From assembly GCA_963693365.1 (NCBI GenBank), contig CAVNZM010000013.1, positions 7,549,482 to 7,613,481 on the forward strand: a DNA stretch of 64,000 nucleotides, written 5' to 3'. Origin of the DNA: Amoebidium appalachense (Eukaryota; Protista; Ichthyosporea). The notes beneath the pieces were generated by a model. It made no database searches. It saw only the letters and a program-made list of their open reading frames with translations, and was not told the DNA's origin. Positions 52,617-64,000 of the stretch are shown here, piece by piece. A program made the translations under genes and the position numbers. How positions within the stretch are numbered: position 1 is the first letter of the stretch; every line of letters begins with the position of its first letter.

Positions 52617-55511
52617 GTCAGACAGGCTACAAGCTGACATATGCATTCACGCGCGCGGCCGCGTACGTGTGTACACACACACACACACATGCACACACAC
52701 AAATGCGCACACACTCTCGCGCGCGCCCACACTCACCTGCACGCACGCACGCACGCACGCACACAAACGCACACACGGACATACATGCCCATACACGTGC
52801 GCGCGGTTCTAAAATTATTAGTTCCTTCCCTACGACCTCAGCTCACTCTCGTCCCATTCACGCGCACTGGCTACTTTCTAGATGATTTCTTTCCTTTGTT
52901 GCTTTTAGCCTACCCCTTTGCATCTAGATCTGTCACATTTTCTACGTGCCTTGCAGCGCGACCTCCTATGAAAAAAAAAAGAGCATTTTTCCGCGCAGAA
53001 TTTAACTATTAAAGTATGTCCTTTTAAAGACAGAAGCAGCAGCGAATTTGAACGCATTTCCATTTTACCAAAACTAACAACTGCCTAATCCCAATCCCCC
53101 CCCCCCCCCCCCCCCCCTCCCCCTCCCTCCCCGGGGAAAAAGCAGAACATATATACCACGAAGAAATGGTATTTGATGGAATTCCATTCAAATTTCTTTC
53201 CCCATGACGATACTATAAGAAAAAACAAAACCCACCTGATTTGTAGCCTCATAGTTCGTTGTGCTACCCCTGGGCATTCCCTCTTCATTGTGCAAGCGCG
53301 TTGTAAACCGACTGTTTCCGGTCATGTTTGTCGTTGTTGCATCCTCACTCGCAAGTTCGGCGTCTGAAAACGTGTTGTTGGGAATGGCTGTCGACAAGTC
53401 GATGCTAACTGACTTTTTCCCTTCCATTTTCGAATCATAGATAAGTTTTCTCTGCGCGTGCTTTTGTAGATATAAATAGAGATACGTTTACTGAAATAAA
53501 TAGGCTAGTTGTTACACGACAGAGAAGAAGGACTCTCCTTTTCGGAATTTTAAAAGAAGTGAAACTCAGTGGCGAATATGCAGTAAATCCGTCAATGTGC
53601 TAGGGAAAAAATTGGAAAGAAGTTGCCAGGCAACATTGTATGTTTGTTTCCACTTTTCCGGGCTACTCGAAAGTGTGGGTTGTTAAACAAAAGAAGCACA
53701 CAACGTTGGCTGTTACAATACGAAGCTCTTTGAAGGGGTTACGTGTGGATATAACATGTACGTTTACTTCAGAAATCTAGGATAAACGGAAAGGCAAACT
53801 GAATTCGCCGTTGATCCAGAAATTGCGTCGATTTTTCGCTGACAAGGAGAACAGACATGTGCTGTCTGTGTGTGCGCGCTCGTCTGAATTTCTTTGCCCT
53901 GCTAATAAACAGTGAAAATAAGGGCAGTTTACAGAGAAAAATGCTTGCAAATCACTTCTAGGTTTACTCGCAAATTTTCGTTTTCTTCGCTAAAACGAAG
54001 TTCATGTCAAAACTTTCAGTTAGGCTTGCGCACATGCGAAATGGAGCTGAAAAGCGACGCATGCAAAGAATAGCTCTTTATATACCCCAGTTGTCGTTAG
54101 CTTGAATGATTTGCAACAAATGATATTAAACCTATTTTCCGATTGGTAGTTATAAGTCCTGAGGCTTGGTGACTCGAGGACTTTCGCTTGACCAACTGTA
54201 CGTACATACTGGCCCAACTGAACTCTCTGTTCTAAGCTTATTAAGTTTTATTAATGTTATATGAATGTGTATCTATATTTGTATGGCAGAAACCATTTCC
54301 TTGTCTGTATACCGAATGTTGAGTTCTGCCAGATTCTGGAATGTGAGATTAAGGAGTAATTGGATACGCGAACGCGTGATTGGCTGACCAGCTAATTATA
54401 CTAACCAATCCCTGGGCGCAAAGGCATTCATCATGTGAGTCCCCCAAACTTTCAAAGACCTGTGGGGCTCGTTGCGAAAGTAGTACAATTGTTTTTCTTT
54501 GGACTGGATTTATTCGACGGAAAGATATGCAAGTATGCACGGCATACTGAGAAGACAATAAAAACTTCACGAGTTATCCAGTAACAAGTGCATTCTGAGA
54601 TACCTGAACACTGTGTGAAAATCATATAAATACTCAATGTGACGACCAACAGAATTCAACAAAAAGTCTAAAGTGTTCACATTGCCAGCTAGTGTATGTA
54701 GCAGACACCCGTAGGGAAAGAGGTAAAACGCGACATAAAAACTCACACAAAATACTCCAGTAAGGACTGCCACGCGGAACTGTTTTAGTTTGTTTGTCGA
54801 CGTATTTTTCAGATAAAAAATATAGTTGTCAGATTATGATAACTAATTCTTAGAAGGGCGTAATAGTTCGTAACTTCAAGGACATGAACTGGGGCGGCGG
54901 CCTATATATATAGGTACTTGTTCTGGCTGATTCACGCGAGTCGAAAATCGAAATTTTTTAATGAACCCCCACACTCCCCGGACTCGTGCACGTGCACATG
55001 CGCACACGCTCACTTTAAACGTGATTACGTAGGGGCTCCCTTTCACGTAGGGGCGTAGGGGCTCCCTTTCGTAGCACTAATAGCCTGCGCCAAGCTCGGG
55101 CTAGGGCGTGCGCATAACCATGCGTGTGTTGGGTGGGCGGCTAAATTTCCCACCTGCCGTCCTGCACGGCTTGCATTCAGGTACAAAAACGTCTTTTTTT
55201 CGAACGTCATCACGTTGGCTGAACCAGACCCACATGTGCATGCGCAGTGCACCACGTTGCGTGCACTGCACACAAAAAGTTTCTCACTCACGTGAGCAAT
55301 TTCAGACGAATAATGTTCAATCTTTCCAAAATTGTGGCGAGTTGCAAGAGGAGGTGGCCGTGGTGGTTGTGGTGGTTGTGGGGTGGGGAGCTGGGGGGGG
55401 GGGGGGGGGGGGGTGAGGGGGCAGGGGGGAGTGGGAGGGGGGATACTCTAAAAATGGTGTCACACGTGGCCACTGGGCGTCCACGCTCACGGACCGGTCG
55501 GGCAATATCGA

Positions 55512-55652
55512 TGGTGGCCATGGACAGTTACAGTTACAATTGCAAGCTGGTTGCACATGACATTGTGTGTGCGTGCGCACACGGTGGCCATGGACAGTTA
55601 CAGTTACAATTGCAAGCTGGTTGCACATGACTTTGTGTGTGCGTGCGCACAC
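55512..55652 (+). repeat. 71-bp direct tandem repeat, 2 copies
   Basis: GGTGGCCATGGACAGTTACAGTTACAATTGCAAGCTGGTTGCACATGAC..GTGCGCACAC occurs twice. Confidence 0.9.
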
Positions 55653-55680
55653 GCGCAGGCCGTGTGTGTGTACATGTGTG

Positions 55681-55723
<43 letters not shown>

Positions 55724-55761
55724 GTGTGTGTGCGTCTGTGTGTGTGTGTGTACACGTGTGC

Positions 55762-55811
<50 letters not shown>

Positions 55812-55927
55812 GTGTGTGTGCGTGTGTGTGTCACTGTGTGTATGTATGTCTGTATGTATGTATATGTATGTATGTGTGCGCGTGTGTGTGCGCGTTTGGA
55901 GGGGGCCCCCCGGGGGTGGGGTGGGGT

Positions 55928-55970
<43 letters not shown>

Positions 55971-56428
55971 GAGGTGTTGGCGACCGAATACAGCTCTATC
56001 CGGTAACCCACTTCAAATTGAGTGGCATTCTTCTTTGGGGTACATGCCAAGAATCGCCAACACATATTTAATTCGGTGTAATTACAGTTTGAGAAAGCAT
56101 ATTTTACATCATTCTGATTCATCACAATTATAAATTTAAAGCACTACTTGTAATGACCTTTAATTCAATTGCAACGAAGTGTCAATTGCAGATTACATCA
56201 GGGAACTTAGAAGGAGAAGCTGAAAACTATACCATCAGTGAACAAAAATGGCCATTCAAAATCGAGAACGTCATTCTCCCCTCCCCCCCTTTTCATTTCA
56301 CAAAGACCTAACAGATTGTACTCGTATAATTGCTGACGAAAGCACAAGGAATTTCAAACAGATTCAGATACTTTCCAGTCATACAGGGGGGAGACAACAG
56401 ACAACACTCAAGGACTCTGTGTGTGTGT

Positions 56429-56486
<58 letters not shown>

Positions 56487-56908
56487 GTGCGTGCGTGCGT
56501 GTACATGTGGTGGTGGGGGTGGTGATGGTAGTGTGTGTGTGTGTGAGGGGGGGGGGGAGGGGGGGGGGGCACTAGCTAAACTCGGTGTGTTCGTGTTCTC
56601 AAACGGTCAGGCTAAGCATTGTATTCGGAATCGCACCCTCTTGTGTGTGTGCGTGTGTGTGTTCATAGCATGTGTCCATGCAGGAGATGGGTGGCTTTCA
56701 CAGAGAGATGGGGGTGGTGATGAAGGGGAGGTCGGTGTGTGTGTGAATGTGTGCATGGCGGGGGGGCCGGGGGAGGGGGGGGGGGGGGGGGGGGGGGGGG
56801 AGGGGGGGGGGGGGATAGAGAGGAGGGAGAAAGGGAGAAAGAGACAAGGAGAAGAAGAGAAAGGAGCGAGCAAGAGAATTACGAGGTAGCTTACCACAAG
56901 GACCCTAC

Positions 56909-56952
<44 letters not shown>

Positions 56953-57512
56953 AAAAAAAAAAAATCACACCTACCGGGGGTTCCTTCTACCTCAAAGCAA
57001 TCATCAGCAATCCTCGGATTACGATATTCTTGATGAAATTTCATCCATTGAACATCCCTTGGCATATTTGTGAAGACCCCCCCCCCCCCCCCCCCCCCCA
57101 TTGATGAAAGATCCGCACTTTGACGTGGAGGACGGCTGCACCCAGTTAGATTCCCATCACCCAATCGCATGGCAATGTGAAAACACAATTGATGGACTGT
57201 GTGGCAGAAACCTTCTTGTTAGTGTTAACACATAATGGGAGTGGTGCTAGCGAGGAACGGGGGGTGGGGGTTGGCGGGGGGGGGGGGGGGGGGGGGGGGG
57301 GGGAAGAGAAGAAGGGTGGGGAGGGTGGGGACGGAGCCGGGGAGGGGGGGGGGGGGGAGGGGCATTGAAGACGAGTACAACAGGCTATGGAGAAGACAAG
57401 TACACTGGATAAGAATAGCAGCGAGCACAATAGAAATGGTCGAGTGAAGTAACCAACAAGAGTGTGTCGCATGGGTGAAAGCCACAATACAGGTGTGTCT
57501 GTGTGCGTACGT

Positions 57513-57543
<31 letters not shown>

Positions 57544-57839
57544 GGGGGGAGGGGGGCGGGGGGGAGGGCGGGGGATTTATGAAGGTTATTTCATAGTGAG
57601 AAAAAGAATCTCGAAGGAGGGAGAAAATGTCTCCTATCAAGTATTGCTGGCAATCTAGCCAGGTAATATGGCACATAGATCCAAAAAGACGTGGGTGGAA
57701 GGATAGGTGGCGGGTGGGTGGGTTGGGAGTGTGTTGGTGGTGGTTTTGTAATGTGTGCGCGCGTAGGTGGGGGGGGGGGGGGGGGGGGGGGGGGCGAGGG
57801 GGCATGTTCTCCGGTGAGGGGCTGTTGTGTATGTCTACT

Positions 57840-57870
<31 letters not shown>

Positions 57871-58391
57871 CGCGCGCGCGCGCGTGCGTGTGTGTGTCGC
57901 GCTTGTGTGCATTAGACGTGGAGGGAGTAGGAGGGAGGGGGGGGGGGGGGGGGGGGGGGGGTCCCGTCTGTGGTGTGACGTTGGCATTGGGGTGATTGCA
58001 TGAATAATACAAAAAAAGTTACACAGGTGAGGCGAGGAGATACGGGGAGAGGGGAAGGGAAGGGGCGGGGGGAGGGGGGAACACTTGCCTCCCTGACCAA
58101 AGATGCTAATAGCATCTGGGGACCATCGACAAAGCCTCAACACTCCCTCTTCAACATTCACGAATGCTGCCCTTCTCCTCCTTCCCCCTCTCCCCCTCCC
58201 CTCCTCCTCCTCCCTCTCCCTCCATTCCTCCCTTGCGCCCACCCAAATTATTTTTTGACATTTACAGTCTCCAGCCTTCCATTTGCTCTTTCAAAGGCGT
58301 TTTCTGAATTTGAAGGGTGAAGGGTGCCCGGGGATACAATAGACGGAGGAGATGCGAACGGAAGCAACAACACCGTTGCTTCAGTTTGCCT

Positions 58392-58514
<123 letters not shown>

Positions 58515-59007
58515 TGTGCGCGCGCGCGCGTGCGCGTGCGTGTGCTGGGTGTGTGTATGTGTTTGGCATGGGGGTAGGTGCAGGGGGAGAGGGGAGGGGG
58601 TGTGGGGGTGGGGGTGGAGGGGGGTTTGCGTGGTTGTGAATAGATGTCATGGGGGTTACTTAACGTGTCTGTGGCTTTGTGGGTGAAACGGGGGAGCGAA
58701 CGGGGGCTGTCTGTGTGTCTGTGTGTTAAGGCGTGTGTGTGTGTGTCCTTCTGTGAGTGTGTGTGCCTGTGTGCCTATGTAAAGCGTACCAGTGTGTGTG
58801 TGCATGGAAAAGAATGGTATCCGTGTGTCCGTGTGAGTGGGTGAACAGGACATGATGTTTGTGTCGAGGCGAAAATGTATTAGACATGTGTGTGTGTAAC
58901 AAACATGTGTGCATGCATGTGTGTGTGTGTAGCACCACAGTTTTATTGTGTATGCGTGTAGCCTAGCGCAATAATCAAACATGCTGTAGGATCTGTTGAG
59001 ATGGGGA

Positions 59008-59041
<34 letters not shown>

Positions 59042-59042
59042 C

Positions 59043-59114
<72 letters not shown>

Positions 59115-59568
59115 AGGGGAGGGAGGGAGAGAAGAGGGGGGGGGGGAAGAGAGAGGGGGGGGGGAAGGAGGGGAGAGGGAGGGAGAGAGAGAGGGGGGAA
59201 GGGGGGGGGGAAGGAGAGGGGGATATAGAGGGAGAGCGAGGGGGGGGGGGGGGGGGGGAGAAAGAGAGGGAGGGAGAGAGAGAGGGGGGAGCAAGAGAGG
59301 GAGGGAAGGAGAGAAGTTAGGAATTAGAGAAGCCTCTGTGCAGCGCCCTCCCCCCCCCTCCCCCCCCCCCCCCCCCCCCCCCGGGGGGGAAAAAAAAAGA
59401 CAATGGTGAATTCTTCCGCCTTCGAAGTCAACACATCAACATCCCTGTTTCTCCGCTTTCATATCCTCAGAATGTAAAAAGACAAATAGGACTCAAATTC
59501 ACAAACAATACACCTGGCTAGTTAAAACTTGCACATCCGATGGAACCCATCCAATTAAATTTTATATT

Positions 59569-59883
59569 TTAATTTAGTTTTGGTTCCCAGTGCACCCACC
59601 TCCCCTTCCTCTGTGCCAGCTCCGTCTCCAGCAGCCTCTGGCCCATGGTGTCGATCACGTCACCATAGTGGCTCCAGCTGAGACAGATGGCCGCAGACAG
59701 AAAACACAGCACAAAGACGCCAAGCGACAGCAGCTGTGCGTGCGTGTGCGTGTGTGTGCGTGTGCGTGTGCGTGTGCGTGTGCGTGTGCGTGTGCGTGTG
59801 CGTGTGCGTGTGCGTGTGCGTGTGCGTGTGCGTGTGCGTGTGCGTGTGCGTGTGCGTGTGCGTGTGCGTGTGCGTGTGCGTGC

Positions 59884-59937
<54 letters not shown>

Positions 59938-61020
59938 CACAGAGTGTGTGTGGGTGGCTGGGTGGGTGGGGCGGGGGGAGGGAGGGTTGGAGAGGGGGAG
60001 GGGGCCGAGGAGGGGGGGGGGGGGGGGGGGGGGGGGAGGAGGTCAGAAGGTGTTACAGAGTACGAAGGTACGCATTCAAGATGGGCAACACCAATGCAGA
60101 TTTCGTGGAAAAGAGCAAACACCCAAAAAATTTCATCATCAGTAGAGCCCATCCACAAGGGCGGCCCAGCCTATTCAGGAGGGGAGGGGGGGGGGGGGGG
60201 GGGGGGGTAGGAAGACGATTCGTGGGGAGGGGGGGGGATGGGAAAGGGTGAAAAGGGGGGGGGGGGGGGGGGGGGGGAGAGGATTGATTGAGGATGATCA
60301 ATGTTGATTTAGGAATGAGCTTATTGGTTTGGGTATCGAAGGGTTGGGGGCGGAGGGGGGGGAGGGGGAGGGGTTTGTGCGTGTGTATCCCACCCGCGAC
60401 ACGGTGAGAGGGGGAGAGGGGGTTGCACAAAGAGACAAAGAAGAAGACAGTAAGTTTGCGCATGTGCAAAGGTGCCGAGAAGGAGATGCTAAAAATAGAC
60501 ACATGGATGGAGTCTACATGCAGAGTTGAAGACGTTTGGAAGGGGAGGGGGGACGGGAGTACGAGGGGAGACCGGGGGGGGGGGGGGGGGGGAGGTTTGG
60601 AAGTTTGCGAAATTTTGGACGGAGACAACTAGCAGGCAGACTAGTTTGAAAACCGAACGAGGGAGGAGGGGGAGGGGGGGAAAGGTTGTTGTTAGACGGG
60701 AGAGGGGGGGGGGGAGGGGGTAGAATGTATGATGTGGTGTGTGTGTGCGTGTGTGTGTGACTAGAATCGATATTCAACGACTGTTATCTCTTATTTGAAC
60801 TTTTTTGGGGGGGAGGGGGGGGGTGGGAGGCGGGGGAAAGGGGGGGGGGGGGAGGGGGGGGGGGGAAGAAGGGGGGGAGAGGGGGAAATGGCAAGAGCGG
60901 GGCAGTGAGAGGGGGGGGGGGGGGGGGGGGGGGGGGGGAGGGGGGGGGGGGGGAAAGGGGGGGGGGGAGGGGGGGGAAGAAGGGGGGAGAGGGGGGAAGA
61001 TGGCAAGAGCGGGGCAGTGA

Positions 61021-61078
<58 letters not shown>

Positions 61079-61368
61079 GAGGGGGTAGAGAGAGACAGAG
61101 AGAGCGATAGAGACAGAGACAGAGAGCCATACACACAGAGAGACAGGAAGAGAGAGAAAGAGGGAGGGAGGGGAGAGAGAGAGGGGGGGGGGGGGGGAGG
61201 GGGGGAGAGAGAAGGGGGAGAGAGGGGGGGAGGGGGGAGGTAAAAGAAGAGAGAGGAGGGGGGAGAGAGAGATAGGGGGAGAAAGAGTGATGCAGATAGT
61301 GAAAGAGCGGAGGGGGGGGGGGGGGGTGAGGGGAGACAGAGGAGGAGAGAGTTTTGGATGGAGGACGG

Positions 61369-61402
<34 letters not shown>

Positions 61403-61670
61403 GAGAGGGAGAGGGAGGAAGGAGGGACGAGGTGGTGGTTAAGAGAATAGGGAGTTGTGGGATGATAAGTGAAGTCAGAAGGGTGAGTGTGTGTGTCTGT
61501 GTGTGTGCAAGGCTTGGGGGGGGAAACGCAGAAGCCAAAAGCAGTCCAAAGAGAAAATGAGAGGGACAGGGCCGGGGGTGGGGGGGTGGAGAAAAGGCGG
61601 GGGGGGGGGGGGGGGGGGGGGTGGATACCTTGAGCTGTGTTTCCTCGTCCAGATACTTCGTCACACCCAT
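59569..61670 (-). CDS. Small single-pass membrane protein of unknown family
   Basis: Exon 61670-61629 (MGVTKYLDEETQLK|GT) joins in phase to 59733 (CAG|LLSLGVFVLCFLSAAICLSWSHYGDVIDTM..). It ends at TAA 59569, or splices at 59600 to a candidate exon 58394-58291. Confidence 0.6.
60043..60170 (-). mobile_element. Family B old diverged copy
   Basis: AGTACGAAG..AGTAGAGCCCATCCACAAGGG between G-runs. Confidence 0.55.
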
Positions 61671-62490
61671 AGTGGTGGTTATAAAGGATAAAAAACGAAA
61701 AGGGAGGAGGGGCAGGGGGGGGGGGGGGGGGGGGAGGGGGGAGGGGGGGGGGGGAGGGGGGGGGGGGGGAGCAAACTATAGAGTATGAAAGAAAACTATC
61801 CGAATGGCGATGCCTTGTGGGCTTAATCATGAAAAGTGAAAAAAAAATACAGAATAGAAGTAGGCTCCTCAGTGAAGCTCAGAGAGCTGCCCGCGTGTGA
61901 CTTTGTCGGTACAAGCACAGGTCCGCTGCCCAAAGACGTATATGCGTCACTAGGCCAATGCTACTGTTTCAATAGTGTACGGAACAACAATGACTGAGAT
62001 TTGCACCGATTTTATGGCTGTATGAACCCTTTCTCTCTCTCTCTCTATCTTCCGTTCTCAGCATTGACTCCGTTTTCGTGTTGCGATGAACAACCGCCGC
62101 AACTGCTCATAATTTGGTCTATGACATTAACGCATAACTACTCTATTGTTGTTACTTATATTTCTTAACTTTTTAATTCACTTAAAACACCAATTACATG
62201 GCGCTTTTACAGTTACGTATTAAGTGTATAGTGCCGCTTTTTGTGCTGACAAAGCAGCTTTGAGCGGCTCCCGCAAGACTGCTTTCAGTTAGAAAAGTTG
62301 CAGTGTTTTCGTTCAAAGTTCCTTTGAATGCTTTGAAAGTCCAACGTAGTAATACAGTGCGCTACAAACCAACACGTTCGCAACGCAAAACAGAACAACG
62401 ACCAAAATTCTCGCAGTTATAGAGGGTGGAGCAGGGAAAGAAAGGAAAAACAGAAAAGGAAAAATCCCCGCCACGCTCAACAACGCCAAC

Positions 62491-62748
62491 ATGGCTTCAA
62501 CAGAACCCGAGAACGCAATTTGCTGCGTGATAGACGAAAAGGGACGATGTGAAACGCCCGCTGGCATAACATCATTCACAAAGAGAATGCAGAGGGGAGC
62601 GAAGCAGAAAAAGATCGACCTGCGTGCAGACGAAACAGTGGGCCACAGTCGTGTGTGTGCACAACACAGGCAGATGTTGCTGACGTTGAGACAGCAGATA
62701 GAGCCAAAGAAGAGGAAGGCGGAGGAGGGCGGCGACGAGGAGATACAG
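62491..62748 (+). CDS. SAP30: Sin3-associated protein SAP30/SAP30L, exon 1 (zinc finger); the rest is not identified in the window
   Basis: CCVIDEKGRC..AG..SFTKRMQ..QKKIDL..D...GH..VC..HR..KKRK matches the SAP30 C3H zinc finger and basic NLS; donor CAG|GTACGT at 62749. Confidence 0.85.
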
Positions 62749-63307
62749 GTACGTGCGGGATAACATGGTTGTGTTAGTTTCGAAGACGGCGGGGAGGCAG
62801 GGAGAGGGGGGGGTGGGGGGTAAGGGAGGGGAAGGGTTCGGGGTTGATAGGATTTTGGGTGGGTGTAAAGTTCTGAGCGAAACGCGCGAGAAGAAGATCG
62901 CGAGATGATCAATGCAGGGGTTTTCTGTAAAACTAGTAGAATATTTCCAACACACGGTTTTTGGAAGAGGCATGATAAATGAGGGTATAGGGGAGATTGT
63001 TGGGGATGTGTAGATGCAGTACGGTTGCATTCTTCTTTTTTTTTGGTTTATTTCTCTCTTTGTGTGATCTTAATAGCCCGCCCCCTCACTTACAGGGCTT
63101 CTCCCTTCCCCCCACCTTCCTTTCTTTCCCTTACTTGTATGTAAATGTGTAGGACACCTTTGGACACAGTTTTAATGATCCCCACACGGAGCTCTTCTCC
63201 CCCTCTTACCTTCCTTTTCCCCCCCCTCCCCCCTACTTCCTCCTCCGGGCTCACCCCCAAACACCTTTGCTGTCCCCCCCCCCCCCCTTTCTCCCCCCCC
63301 CTTTTGC

Positions 63308-63362
<55 letters not shown>

Positions 63363-63371
63363 CCCACACCC

Positions 63372-63443
<72 letters not shown>

Positions 63444-63451
63444 ATCTCTCT

Positions 63452-63489
<38 letters not shown>

Positions 63490-63642
63490 CCCCCCCCCCC
63501 CCCCCCTCTCCCCCTCCCCCCCCCCCCCCCCCTCCCTGTTCTTTCTCTGCCACCATCCGCCCCTCCTGCACCCTCTCGTGTCATTCTTCCTTGCCCCACC
63601 CTGCCTCTCTACTCTCCTTATTTCTCCGTCGCTCTCTTTCCT

Positions 63643-63693
<51 letters not shown>

Positions 63694-63855
63694 TGTGTGT
63701 GCGTGCGTGTGTGTGTGTATGCGTGTGGGCTGTGTCTGCGCCTATGTTTTCGTGCGCGCATGTGTCCTCTCTCTCTCACCTTCTCCGCCCTTTTCCCTAC
63801 CTGGGCCCCACCCCTCAACACCTTAACACAAACATGACGTTGATTCCTTACTCCC

Positions 63856-63966
63856 CTTGGCCCCCTGAGGATGGGCTCTATTTCTCATGCATACGTTGTG
63901 CTCTAAATTGTCTGCTTTGTGTTGTCCAACGGGCATATGTACTTGTGCTCTGTAATGGATTCTAAC
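63856..63966 (+). mobile_element. Family B diverged copy in SAP30 intron
   Basis: GGCCCCCTGAGGATGGGCTCT..ATGCATAC..TGTACTT..ATTCTAACC followed by a C-rich tract. Confidence 0.7.
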
Positions 63967-64000
63967 CTTCCCCCCTCCGCCCCTTCTCTCCCCATCCATC

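Overview
Eukaryotic, intron-rich genomic DNA. Almost all ORFs in the supplied track are microsatellite translation noise; the real genes appear only after splicing. Gene content suggests a holozoan, probably unicellular (inference). Hand-spliced genes: the 3' part of an attractin-like PSI/laminin-EGF membrane protein (+), a claudin/PMP22-like four-TM protein (+), a CAP/SCP protein and a LysM protein (-), a secreted K/T/P-rich protein (-), a 13-exon eIF2-gamma (-), a catalytically degenerate GlyRS paralogue resembling POLG2 (+), an APC-family permease (-), a small single-TM protein (-), and SAP30 exon 1 (+). One APE+RT non-LTR retrotransposon ends in a (CA)n tract. The most unusual signals are two intronic repeat families that always lie sense to their host gene. 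Family B (about 14 copies, 6 host genes) has a fixed 3' end and variable 5' truncation, and most copies sit in or against poly(C) tracts, which looks like a poly(C)-targeting retroposon. Family A (5 copies, 2 host genes) is a ~145-nt two-hairpin element ending in ACA-NNN, which looks like a multiplying H/ACA snoRNA. Family assignments rest on remembered motifs, not database searches.
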